Shown here one piece after another: positions 26,094 to 37,067 of a stretch of 64,000 nucleotides of DNA. The first letter of the stretch is position 1. Every line of letters begins with the position of its first letter. A program made the position numbers and the translations under genes. The DNA lies in IMG/VR virus record IMGVR_UViG_3300031951_021468. The stretch is one strand, 5' to 3'. Source of the DNA: an uncultured virus (IMG/VR IMGVR_UViG_3300031951_021468) (taxonomy: Duplodnaviria > Heunggongvirae > Uroviricota > Caudoviricetes). The notes beneath the pieces are model-generated. The model was not told where the DNA came from. It saw only the letters and a list, made by a program, of their open reading frames with translations, and ran no database searches.

Positions 26094-26164
26094 TGCTCCA
26101 CACGGGAATCGAACCCGCGACCAAGGTTTTAGAGACCCCAGCTCTACCATTGAGCTAATGGAGC
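26094..26164 (-). tRNA. Amber suppressor tRNA (anticodon CTA) #2, no encoded CCA
   Basis: Cloverleaf, GGGGT-CTCTAAA-ACCTT, acceptor GCTCCAT/GTGGAGC, A73. Confidence 0.82.
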
Positions 26165-26238
26165 AAGCAATATAATTATAATACGTATTTTTAAATAAAA
26201 AGTAGGCAATTTGGGACTAAAAACCCAAAAAAAATCAT

Positions 26239-26403
26239 ATGAACCGAAAAGTTTTTTATGTAGAATGCAGTCGGCCTGGAGTTTATAGCGGAGTCAAATT
26301 TAAAGCAGGAGATATTAAAAAATTCTATTCACTTTTGGCTGCTCAGCATTTTATTAAAAAAGCCCCTGTGGGCATGTTTAAGTTGAGTCCGCCCAAAAAA
26401 TAA
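26239..26403 (+). CDS. Small basic hypothetical protein (54 aa)
   Basis: Hand-translated MNRKVFYVEC...SPPKK*, ends at the hairpin shared with tmRNA. Confidence 0.45.
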   Translation: MNRKVFYVECSRPGVYSGVKFKAGDIKKFYSLLAAQHFIKKAPVGMFKLSPPKK

Positions 26404-26405
26404 AA

Positions 26406-26428
26406 GCAGTATGAAAAAATCATACTGC
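26406..26428. terminator. Hairpin between convergent small ORF and tmRNA
   Basis: GCAGTATGA/TCATACTGC. Confidence 0.6.
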
Positions 26429-26433
26429 AAAAT

Positions 26434-26791
26434 TGGTGGAGGCAGCGGGATTTGAACCCGCTTGTTGTCCGTACAGAGCCTATGCTCGCCACAAGGTTCT
26501 CCTCATATTAATCTTAAGTCAAGCTTTGGCTAGAGGCCAGCACTTTCTTGACAGCAGCTTGATTAATATCGCTTTTTCAACTACAAGCCGAAGTTTCAAA
26601 GCTAAGTCTGATTTATTTTACAATCCCCATTAACTACAGACTCGTCTCAGGTTCATGCGCCAGCTTAATTAAGCAGCGAAAGCGAAGTTGTTTTCCGCAT
26701 TTACTTTTTGCATCCTTTGTTATCGCGGCCAAGGATACATCCGCGCCTTGCAAACATAAGATAGCAACGTCAATCGATCCCTTATGCCCCC
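26434..26791 (-). ncRNA. ssrA: tmRNA, tag peptide (A)AENNFAFAA
   Basis: GGGGGCA/TGCCTCC-ACCA acceptor with G3-U70, T arm, tag ORF 26698-26669. Confidence 0.93.
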
Positions 26792-26838
26792 GTAGTGTTT
26801 TATTATTCTACGTTTGTTGATCAACACCTGTTGCAAAT

Positions 26839-27600
26839 TCACTCTAAATCAAAAAGTTCATCAGTTGAAAGATTACCATCTTTATCTATTTCCCCAAGAT
26901 TATATGGGGCAAACTGAGCCCCGTTATATCCCCAGCCGAAGTCCCCAGTCCTCAAAATAGGCTTTTGCGCCTTGGCATGCCCGTCAGACCAAAGTACTAC
27001 GCCATGCTTATTGTGTCGGCCCTGAAATGTTGGGAAATCGAAAGAAGGTGGCTCTAAGTATCCCGTGCCCTCTAAAACAGGATTGTCATAAGCCCATGTA
27101 TTTAGTCTCGCATTTGATGCAAAAGCGACTGTCTCAGATGGAAACTCAATCGATGAAGCATTTACGGGAATGGGATTTTCTTCCCAGTTCGGAGGAGAAT
27201 AAGTTGACGGACTCAAATAAGCATAATTATATCCATACCCAGAGAAATTCATACTTCCCGTAACTTGAGCATTAAAAGATGAATCCTTGTAAATACCATT
27301 GTTTCGAGTATAAGGATATAAAAGGCCTTCCTCAACTCTAAGTTCTTGTTCGTCTTCTTCCCAACATCCCCACCAATAAACCACACCATGCTCATCAGGC
27401 ACAGAAACTCTCATTAAGGTATCATCGTAGTCAGTATTGTAAAGCTGCCAGGAAATACCAAGTTGGCGCATGTTGGAAATCGACTGAGTTTTCTTGGCAG
27501 CTTCCTTTGCTTGTGAAAAAACTGGGAAAAGGATTGCAGCCAAAACCGCGATAATTGCGATCACAACAAGTAATTCAATAAGTGTAAAAGCCTGTCTCAT
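26839..27600 (-). CDS. Prepilin-type N-terminal cleavage/methylation domain protein (H-X9-DG C-terminus)
   Basis: [25 protein letters not shown]...[16 protein letters not shown]. Confidence 0.92.
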   Translation of the reverse strand: MRQAFTLIELLVVIAIIAVLAAILFPVFSQAKEAAKKTQSISNMRQLGISWQLYNTDYDDTLMRVSVPDEHGVVYWWGCWEEDEQELRVEEGLLYPYTRNNGIYKDSSFNAQVTGSMNFSGYGYNYAYLSPSTYSPPNWEENPIPVNASSIEFPSETVAFASNARLNTWAYDNPVLEGTGYLEPPSFDFPTFQGRHNKHGVVLWSDGHAKAQKPILRTGDFGWGYNGAQFAPYNLGEIDKDGNLSTDELFDLE

Positions 27601-27677
27601 AATAATTCTAATATAATTGGCCCAACTACAATCAGTTGAGCCAATTATTATACGTTATATAATGCAGTTTTGTTGCA

Positions 27678-28553
27678 TTACGGACATGGAGTGTTGCCGA
27701 GTTTGTATGGGTCCCAAAATGATTCTGCGCCCCGATCTCTCAGGTTGTTCAGAATTGCATTAGCTGCAACGGCTCTTGAACTAGTGTCGCCCTGAACCAT
27801 ATTCAATGGTCCATTATATCGGTTATTAATCAATCGCAGAGCTTCAGCGTCAGATGGCGTGTTTGGTCCACCATTCCATCTAAAGAGATAGGAGTTGCCG
27901 AGATTCTTCCAATACAACGGGTAACTGCTGCTGCACACATTAAATGTGCCAGTGTATCCATTAAGTCTTCCAACGAATCGGGGAAGAACATTATAATAGC
28001 TTGCATCAACCATAATCAAAGTATTGCTTGGTTCTGCTATTTCGCCCATATTAAGCCCCCCGCCGATTGATGACGTGCCCGCCTGAGATGTAAACACATA
28101 ATTGTTAACACCATAGCTGTTTTGTCCGCCGTAAGATCGGAATGCAGGTTCAGTGTCAGAACCGAAAGTATCAACGCCAGCCCAGGCATTTGGCTTGGTA
28201 GGTGCCTTGAAAATATCATTATTTTTCATATATGGTTGCAGAAGCTGGTTAAAGAAAATAACATTTCTTGCACTAGTTCCTACAACGCTATCGGCATACG
28301 CCTGCCCCCGAGCAGCAATGGCGCGGGCATAATCGGGGTTTTGTGTACCATTAAGTCGGTACGGAAACAGCATGTCATCATAATCGCCGACATACAGCTG
28401 CATTGATGTTCCAATCTGTTTAACTTGGGTTAAACCAACAGTTTTCTTGGCGGCAAGCTTGGCCTGAGAAAAGACGGGGAAAAGAATCGCAGCTAAAATA
28501 GCAATAATTGCGATAACAACAAGAAGTTCGATGAGCGTAAAGGCTTTCTTCAT
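27678..28553 (-). CDS. Prepilin-type N-terminal cleavage/methylation domain protein
   Basis: [32 protein letters not shown]...YVGDYDD. Confidence 0.92.
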   Translation of the reverse strand: MKKAFTLIELLVVIAIIAILAAILFPVFSQAKLAAKKTVGLTQVKQIGTSMQLYVGDYDDMLFPYRLNGTQNPDYARAIAARGQAYADSVVGTSARNVIFFNQLLQPYMKNNDIFKAPTKPNAWAGVDTFGSDTEPAFRSYGGQNSYGVNNYVFTSQAGTSSIGGGLNMGEIAEPSNTLIMVDASYYNVLPRFVGRLNGYTGTFNVCSSSYPLYWKNLGNSYLFRWNGGPNTPSDAEALRLINNRYNGPLNMVQGDTSSRAVAANAILNNLRDRGAESFWDPYKLGNTPCP

Positions 28554-28581
28554 ATATGTTTACCTGGGATATTTTCAAAGC

Positions 28582-28615
28582 CAAGAGGACAAACTAAATT
28601 TAGTTTGTCCTCTTG
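28582..28615. terminator. 34-bp perfect palindrome after groEL
   Basis: CAAGAGGACAAACTAAATTTAGTTTGTCCTCTTG equals its own reverse complement. Confidence 0.65.
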
Positions 28616-28638
28616 AGTCAAATATTGTTATACAACAA

Positions 28639-30282
<1,644 letters not shown>

Positions 30283-30351
30283 TTAGTAATTCCTTCTGTT
30301 TAAGAACTAATTGAACTTATACAGATAAAACAAACATAGTGTTCATATTAA

Positions 30352-31251
30352 TTATGGCTTTGTGAATTCTTTTTTCCAGTTTTTAATGTATTCAATGATA
30401 TTATGTTCCGCAACCCACCCAAGCTCTTCTTCGGCTTTTGATGGATATGCTTGTCCAGAAAATCTTTCGCCTTTGCGCTCTGGAATTATCATATAAGGAT
30501 GATCAAAAGCTTCGGCAATTTCTAAAAGAGTATAGTTTTTACCTGTTCCAAGTAAATATCCATCGCCTGATCCTTTTTCTGCGGCGAGAACAATGCCTCG
30601 GACAATATCTTCAACGTTGGTAAAATCTCGCCTTTGAGTTCCAGGGGCAACCACAGTGATCGGCTGATTGTCAATAACTTGCTGCTGAAATCTTCCGATC
30701 ACAGCAGCATAATCTCCGCTCATAATTTGACCAGGACCATATACATTATAAAAATATGTGATTACGAAATCAAGCCCATACCAATGATGCCAATTATTTA
30801 TAAGTTCTATATTTTTGGCTTTCATCCAGGCATAAGGGGATAAGTGCTGGTCTTCGCCATTGTTGCCAAATTTTGATGAAGAAGCTGCATAAACTAAACG
30901 AGCATTAGTTTTTCGGCAATAGAGAAGCACCTGAAAAGTTCCAGCCATGTTAAATTTATGACATTCTTCAATATCGTCAAAACTTTTAACTATTCGACTG
31001 AATTCACCTAGATGAAAAACAATATCGGGGCTGAAATTTACAGTAGACGCATTTTGATTTATCTCTGTCGTGCAGCATGCCAAGTAAGTAACTCTTGGGT
31101 CTGTGATATGGTTTTCAATAAGGCCTGTGAAATAATTATCAACTGAAAGTATAACACAGTCTTCGTATTTATTGAGCAGATGCTTTATAAGTTGCGTGCC
31201 TATAAAGCCTGCTCCGCCCGTCACCAAAAACCGCTTCGTATTAAACATCAT
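30352..31251 (-). CDS. NAD-dependent epimerase/dehydratase
   Basis: GGAGFIG, YAWMK, YNVYGP, RDFT. Confidence 0.92.
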   Translation of the reverse strand: MMFNTKRFLVTGGAGFIGTQLIKHLLNKYEDCVILSVDNYFTGLIENHITDPRVTYLACCTTEINQNASTVNFSPDIVFHLGEFSRIVKSFDDIEECHKFNMAGTFQVLLYCRKTNARLVYAASSSKFGNNGEDQHLSPYAWMKAKNIELINNWHHWYGLDFVITYFYNVYGPGQIMSGDYAAVIGRFQQQVIDNQPITVVAPGTQRRDFTNVEDIVRGIVLAAEKGSGDGYLLGTGKNYTLLEIAEAFDHPYMIIPERKGERFSGQAYPSKAEEELGWVAEHNIIEYIKNWKKEFTKP

Positions 31252-31278
31252 AATTTACTAGATACAGCAAATGGGATT

Positions 31279-31893
31279 TTAACTGGCAATTATCTGATCG
31301 GCGGTTGCGCCACATCGGGACCGAACTGCATCGATCCAGGCTTGAGTTTTTGCTTTGGCCATAATGAGCTTGTGACCCTCGCCAGCCTTGCCAACCACTC
31401 CCTCAAAAGTCACTCCTTCAAGTTCGCCCTCTCGCACACGCTGTACTAAGTCGCGTGTCCATTTCATCTGGCCTAGAAGCTTAGGAATTGGAAGGTGGTC
31501 GAACTTCTTCAAAAACTCTTGTGGGCCGAGTAAACCCTTCTTGTGAGGTGCGACATCAAAGAGTGTTAGGACTTTAGGATCACCAGGTTCATGTAAGCCA
31601 GCAAAACTTTTCTCGCCCCAGAACTCGGCATATACTGTGACACGTTCCCATTTTTCCATGCTCGCAACTCTCTCGATGGGCTCGGCAAGAGTATCAAAGA
31701 AGATGGGTATTGCCGAGCCAAATACAGGATCGCTCTCGTCAAATAACCGATTACGTGTCCCAAACTTGCCCCAGCCCGATTTTCGCGCCCATTCAAAGCG
31801 CAAGTTCGATCCGTCAAGTTTGTCAAAAACATACGCCTGAAACTCACAAAATGACTGGCCTGTACTTTGCGGAATAGATGGATAGGATTTCAT
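31279..31893 (-). CDS. RNA-ligase-family nucleotidyltransferase
   Basis: YPSI...DKLDGSN...AEFWG...LFDV...FEGVV...KAK motifs, no OB domain. Confidence 0.75.
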   Translation of the reverse strand: MKSYPSIPQSTGQSFCEFQAYVFDKLDGSNLRFEWARKSGWGKFGTRNRLFDESDPVFGSAIPIFFDTLAEPIERVASMEKWERVTVYAEFWGEKSFAGLHEPGDPKVLTLFDVAPHKKGLLGPQEFLKKFDHLPIPKLLGQMKWTRDLVQRVREGELEGVTFEGVVGKAGEGHKLIMAKAKTQAWIDAVRSRCGATADQIIAS

Positions 31894-32285
31894 TGTTCTC
31901 CGAACTTGGCTTTGAGGCGCTCATATTCAAGGCGTTCCGCTTCCTCGGACTTATGACGGCGAATTGTCTCGATCTGCTCTTTTTCGGAATTGTCAAAAAT
32001 ATCTTTTGTCTGAAGCATCTCGCTTATGATGTTTCCTGAGCACGAGTCAACCTTGAACAGATACACCTCGCCAACACGATTGTCGGGATTATGTAACCCA
32101 GAGCTTACCCAGCATTTTCTATCTTCACACCACTCGCCAAATAGAAGTTCAAACAGCCCCTTGTGTGCCTGGTCATCTGTTTCTGCCACGATCTCAAAGA
32201 GGCTGCGATTACAACCCATCGTGTAATCACAACCCTCCCCTGCTCCGACCACAAAAGCGATGTATTTACTCTGATACTTACTCAT
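31890..32285 (-). CDS. Hypothetical protein
   Basis: GEGCDYTMGC...EYERLKAKF; coupled overlaps. Confidence 0.7.
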   Translation of the reverse strand: MSKYQSKYIAFVVGAGEGCDYTMGCNRSLFEIVAETDDQAHKGLFELLFGEWCEDRKCWVSSGLHNPDNRVGEVYLFKVDSCSGNIISEMLQTKDIFDNSEKEQIETIRRHKSEEAERLEYERLKAKFGEQ

Positions 32286-33592
32286 CCCTGCACATCCACA
32301 TCACGTTGATTAATAGCGCGGCCAAATTGTGGTTTTCGATCTTTGGTCCAGGCCTGGAAGCGCACCGTCCAGTAAGACCCGATTACTTCATGAGAATTTT
32401 GGAAATAATATTGTCTTTGCTCCATTGTCCCAATCGGCACAGTGTCAAACACGGCTCCATCATTAGTCTGGCAGATAAAAATTGCCGCACCCGCAAATTT
32501 TCCGCCGCCTTCTTTTACTCCGATCACAAGAAATTCTTCTTCAAGAAAGTCTTTAAGCTTTAATAACTGGTGAGTGCGTTGACCCACTTTGTAACCCATG
32601 CCATGTAATCGGATCATGGTTCCCTCCCAGCCCTCCGCTACATACCGCTCATGTACAGGATGCATTTCTTCTTCACTTTCAATAACATGAATAGGCGCGG
32701 CTACGATCTGGGGATGATTTGATTTCGCTACAATTTCTTGTACGATTTTGTATCTCTCAGTATAGCATAGATCGGGTTCAACAACGTCGTAGATTCGATA
32801 CAAAAGTTTGGGAGACAAATCGGGGTAGAATTTCTTTGCCGCGCTAACCGTCTCTTGCAAAGAGTAACCTTCGGGGAGAATTAGTTCGCCGTCTACAATA
32901 TAACCAAGTGTATCCAATCCGCCTACAATACTTTCACTATCATTATCTGAGAGTAAATCAGACAAGGTGACCTGGCCTACTTTAATTTCATTTTTCTCTA
33001 GATCATTGTTTTTAAAGAAATGAGCAACGATATTTGGGGAAAATTCCTTGCCCTTTCTACTCCACATCTTTTCACCATCACAAATTGCCCTTATTCCATC
33101 GTATTTTGGCTGTAATGTTAATGGGAATTCCACTTTATGAGCCTTGTCGGGAAATGGGTACGCAAGCATAGGTAAGACCAATGCTCCTTCTCTTGCCGTC
33201 TTCTCGCCAATAGGATAATAGCCTTTATCAATTTGCTTTTTATATGTAGAATCAATCTCGAATAATGCTTGTTCTTTCGGGGTTGTCTCATTCGATCTGC
33301 CAATGTTTTTACCCTTAATTACCGTTGGGGCACTAATAGTAATCTTTGAAATGTCAGACCCTTGTAAAGATGGCCAGTTATTTTCATCTGCGGAAATCTT
33401 TCCCCCTGCAAGAAGTTGGCAATAAGTAGTGTATGTCACCCATGTAGATTCGTCATGTGTACAAGCAACATGCCCTTGCCAAAACTTGAGGCCGTCTTTA
33501 CTTGTGACAGCCTCAAGAATACCCGTTGAAAATACAGTTGTGTACATCTTGGGATCAATCATGTCCATAGTGACTTGTGTGTTTTGCGTCAT
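32282..33592 (-). CDS. lig: ATP-dependent DNA ligase
   Basis: PMLA, QPKYDGIR, DGEL, EGTMIR, LLKLK, OB domain. Confidence 0.92.
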   Translation of the reverse strand: MTQNTQVTMDMIDPKMYTTVFSTGILEAVTSKDGLKFWQGHVACTHDESTWVTYTTYCQLLAGGKISADENNWPSLQGSDISKITISAPTVIKGKNIGRSNETTPKEQALFEIDSTYKKQIDKGYYPIGEKTAREGALVLPMLAYPFPDKAHKVEFPLTLQPKYDGIRAICDGEKMWSRKGKEFSPNIVAHFFKNNDLEKNEIKVGQVTLSDLLSDNDSESIVGGLDTLGYIVDGELILPEGYSLQETVSAAKKFYPDLSPKLLYRIYDVVEPDLCYTERYKIVQEIVAKSNHPQIVAAPIHVIESEEEMHPVHERYVAEGWEGTMIRLHGMGYKVGQRTHQLLKLKDFLEEEFLVIGVKEGGGKFAGAAIFICQTNDGAVFDTVPIGTMEQRQYYFQNSHEVIGSYWTVRFQAWTKDRKPQFGRAINQRDVDVQG

Positions 33593-33626
33593 ATTAGTCT
33601 ATACCTTATTGGTTTTAGTGTGTTTT

Positions 33627-34676
33627 TTAAAAAGTCAACGACTCGTTATTAAACCATCCAGATTCTTTTTGAAGATTTTGGCAAGCCAGAATATAAGCTT
33701 CAGCCACTTCGGTAACAACTCGACCCTTCTTCGTCGGTCGGGCCATGGGACCAGAAAAGTCCTGACCGTTGTACGAAAGAGTGGTATCAGAGAACAAGAA
33801 GGGCTCAATCATGTAACTAATCGTGCTTTCCTGTTCATTAATCATCGTGGCCAAAGACTTGATACCCATGGGCGAAGGATCGCGCAGAATAGCAACAAGA
33901 TACTTGCGTGAAGCAACGTCAAGGCCAAGGATTGGGTCAATGCGCTTCATGCGAAGTGTCTTTTCCAGCAAGTCAAGGGCAAGATCATTTGCAGTAACAT
34001 TTCCAGGGGTCATAGCCTCAACAACTTCCATGTAACTCTTGAGCAAACTATACGCATGGCGGGCAGTTCGTCGAGAAAGTCTAGCAAGATTATCAGCAAT
34101 AATCACAGGAATATCAATCATGTACATGCGCTTCCCAGCCTTAATAATCATTTCGGTCAACTGAGCACGAGAGTAAGGCGAAAGTTCAATACGATCTTGA
34201 AACCGTGCAAGAAGCGGAGCGTTAAGATCGCCAGCATGAGTAGTGGCACCAATCAGAGTAAATCGCGGAACAGTTCGGCGAATACTCTTGCCATAGTGGT
34301 GACTAAAGTGATCGTAAGCAAAATCTTCCATCAAGATATACAACTCTTCCTGAATACGAGAATTCAAGGCGTGAATTTCGTCAATGAAAACAATATCATT
34401 TTCCTTAATGTTTTGAACGATATTGATAATATCCTGAAAAGACTTGATGCGAGTGCCCATCAACTGATGAAATCGAACACCAAGTTCATTCGCAAAGATC
34501 GTAGCAATCGTAGTCTTACCAAGACCCGAGGGGCCAAGGAAAAGCACGTGCCCTGCCGCCTGGCGAGTCTTCTTGAAAGCCGAAACTTTAAGCTGCAGGT
34601 AGGTCTTGCTTTCTTCCTGGCCCGAATAGTCAGCGAAGGTAAGGGGACGAAATTCAGTGTTAATTGTGGTACTCAT
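33627..34676 (-). CDS. ruvB: Holliday junction helicase RuvB
   Basis: RPLTFADYSGQ, GPSGLGKTT, FIDEIH, FTLIGATT, IEPFL. Confidence 0.93.
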   Translation of the reverse strand: MSTTINTEFRPLTFADYSGQEESKTYLQLKVSAFKKTRQAAGHVLFLGPSGLGKTTIATIFANELGVRFHQLMGTRIKSFQDIINIVQNIKENDIVFIDEIHALNSRIQEELYILMEDFAYDHFSHHYGKSIRRTVPRFTLIGATTHAGDLNAPLLARFQDRIELSPYSRAQLTEMIIKAGKRMYMIDIPVIIADNLARLSRRTARHAYSLLKSYMEVVEAMTPGNVTANDLALDLLEKTLRMKRIDPILGLDVASRKYLVAILRDPSPMGIKSLATMINEQESTISYMIEPFLFSDTTLSYNGQDFSGPMARPTKKGRVVTEVAEAYILACQNLQKESGWFNNESLTF

Positions 34677-34749
34677 TTTAAATGTGCCTTGATGTCTATT
34701 ATATCTTATCTAAGGCTTGAAAAAAGGGGATTTTTTTAGGTGCGCTTAG

Positions 34750-35322
34750 TTATTGTAGATATAAATTTTGAGACGCAATATATTCTCTCACTAAGGGGTC
34801 AAGACCAGATTCCCATATGTCTTTATTTTCTCTAATCACAGTGGAAGACAGGCTAATTCCGTGATCAGAGTCAAAGAAGTCAATTTTATTAACAAGCCAG
34901 TCAGGTAAATCATCTTCCTGCCTCTTGCAAAACCCAGGCCTATTGCCTATCGCAAAACGACAAGCACCAGCCATCTCTTCGATTTTGTGCCATTTTGTTA
35001 ACCCTGATAATAAATCAGTGCCCCCTATCCACCAAAATTCCCCGTTTATAATCTTTTGAAAATCAAGCAATGTGTAATATGAAAAACTTGGTTCTGGGCG
35101 AGCTATCTCTATGTCACTTACCGATGCATTCGGAAATGCCAACTGAGACATTCTGAGTCTGTGCTCTGGGGGTGTTTTTGTGGAACCAATTTTAAAAGGA
35201 CTCACTTTCGCGGGTACAACAATCACTTTATCAAGATTTATTGCATGAACAGCATCGCAAAGAATTTGCGCGTGACCCAAGTGAGGAGGATCAAAGCTCC
35301 CACCGAAAATACCAACTCTCAA
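34750..35322 (-). CDS. nadD: Nicotinate-nucleotide adenylyltransferase
   Basis: GIFGGSFDPPHLGH, SPFK, GTD, SSTVIR; TTG start overlaps the prs stop. Confidence 0.92.
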   Translation of the reverse strand: MRVGIFGGSFDPPHLGHAQILCDAVHAINLDKVIVVPAKVSPFKIGSTKTPPEHRLRMSQLAFPNASVSDIEIARPEPSFSYYTLLDFQKIINGEFWWIGGTDLLSGLTKWHKIEEMAGACRFAIGNRPGFCKRQEDDLPDWLVNKIDFFDSDHGISLSSTVIRENKDIWESGLDPLVREYIASQNLYLQ

Positions 35323-36284
35323 ACTCTCCACTCCGAAAACAAACTGCTGACAGATTCCCCTCTTGTATGCAACTTGATAGATTGCGCAATCAAATCGGCA
35401 CAAGATAGAATTTCAGCCTTGTTATTTAATTGATTAAGCTTTTGTGGACTAATGGGTATCGTATCTAAAACCAAAATCTTTTCAATGGACTGGCTTTCTC
35501 CTATTTTTTTCGCTCCATTCCCCGACAAAACTGGATGAGTGCAACAAGCCATAGAAGAAACGCCTCCAGCATCAATAAGCATGTCAGCCGCCTGACAAAT
35601 AGTTCCACATGTATCAAGCATATCATCCAATATGATACATTTTTTGCCTTTTACATTACCAATAAGCTTACCTGGTGTAACAGCATTTGGAGACGGCCTG
35701 TTTTTTGTGATGATAGCAAAATCACAATTTAAATGTTTGGCAAGATTTTCCGCCCTTTTCGTTCCAGAAGCGTCAGGGCTGACAATCACATAATCATCTG
35801 GAGTTTTCTCGACATATGACAGGGCATTGGCAAAAATTGGACCAGCATAAAGATGGTCAAATGGACCGTCGAAGAAGCCTTGAATTTGTTCAGCATGAAT
35901 GTCAATGGCCATTATTCTATTTACACCAGTGGCTTTAAGAAAATCGCACACCATTCTGGCAGTAATTGGTTCTCTGGGTTTCACTTTCTTATCTTGTCGG
36001 GCATATCCAAAATAAGGCATTACAGCTGTAATTGTTCTTGCCGAAGCTCGCTTGAAAGCATCAGCCATGATAAACAATTCCATAAATGTGTCATTCACAG
36101 GAGCGCAAGTCGGCTGAATGATGAATACGTCTTTCCCACGAGCCGAATCCTCAATGATTACCCTCGTTTCGCCATCAGAAAATCGAGTTGTTAAAGTTTT
36201 ACCAGGAGACAATGACATTATTTTACAAATATCATGTGTTAATTGGGGATGAGACCCACCGCCGAAAACCATAATATTGTTCAT
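35319..36284 (-). CDS. prs: Ribose-phosphate pyrophosphokinase
   Basis: FSDGE, PYFGYARQD, DIHAEQIQGFF, SPDASG, LDDMLDTCGT. Confidence 0.95.
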   Translation of the reverse strand: MNNIMVFGGGSHPQLTHDICKIMSLSPGKTLTTRFSDGETRVIIEDSARGKDVFIIQPTCAPVNDTFMELFIMADAFKRASARTITAVMPYFGYARQDKKVKPREPITARMVCDFLKATGVNRIMAIDIHAEQIQGFFDGPFDHLYAGPIFANALSYVEKTPDDYVIVSPDASGTKRAENLAKHLNCDFAIITKNRPSPNAVTPGKLIGNVKGKKCIILDDMLDTCGTICQAADMLIDAGGVSSMACCTHPVLSGNGAKKIGESQSIEKILVLDTIPISPQKLNQLNNKAEILSCADLIAQSIKLHTRGESVSSLFSEWRV

Positions 36285-37057
36285 AATGAATATTCCTCTT
36301 GTTTTTGTTCCGCCAAAATAAGACTTGGCAATCTATCTACGCTCCAGCCGTGCGGGAGATATTTTGGTTTTAATGTTTCAATAAAATGTGAACGCCAAAA
36401 TTTATTAAATTCATCCAGGTTTTCTAAATTGGCAATGTACTCGGCCCACCAATTTTTTTGATATCCACTATTTATGTTGGCTAAATTTCTTAATGCTTCT
36501 TGGCTAAAATCATTATCTAAATAGTTTTCAATGATATGAAAATAATGTTGAAATCTTTCAAAGCTTAAATTGTCATAGTTGTTAAGTATGGCGCGGGCGG
36601 CACTGCTGGCTTTTCTTACTTCGCTATAGTTTTGTGCAAATGGTTCAATCATTTGCATTTTAATAGCAGTGGCAGAATCTTCGTACTTTTCGTGGCACAC
36701 ACGACACAGCAGTAGAACATCGTGCGACGAGTGCTTTGTGTATTTTGCTGGCATATACCTGCTAAAACACTTAGGTATGACATGATGTCTTGTTAGTTCA
36801 CAAGATGAACCACAACATACACAAATATTGTCTTTTTCATTAAGATAAAAATCATCACCGTGATGGCCAAGCTGATTCGGCTTAAATTTCAGCTTAATTG
36901 ACGACGCATCCCCGATGATATCTTCGGCAATGCCTTTTTTAAGATACCAGTTAGCCTTCCTTCTTGAAGTTAAAAACATCAAAATATCATCGGGCGAAAA
37001 CACCTTGATATTATCGTAGTGTTTTCGCTCTAGTGTTTGGGGATTAGTATGACTCAT
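36281..37057 (-). CDS. HNH-like protein (EXD2 C-terminal-like)
   Basis: KANWYLKKG...CVCCG...TRHHVIP...HSSHDVLLLCRVCH. Confidence 0.7.
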   Translation of the reverse strand: MSHTNPQTLERKHYDNIKVFSPDDILMFLTSRRKANWYLKKGIAEDIIGDASSIKLKFKPNQLGHHGDDFYLNEKDNICVCCGSSCELTRHHVIPKCFSRYMPAKYTKHSSHDVLLLCRVCHEKYEDSATAIKMQMIEPFAQNYSEVRKASSAARAILNNYDNLSFERFQHYFHIIENYLDNDFSQEALRNLANINSGYQKNWWAEYIANLENLDEFNKFWRSHFIETLKPKYLPHGWSVDRLPSLILAEQKQEEYSL

Positions 37058-37067
37058 GCGGCATTAA

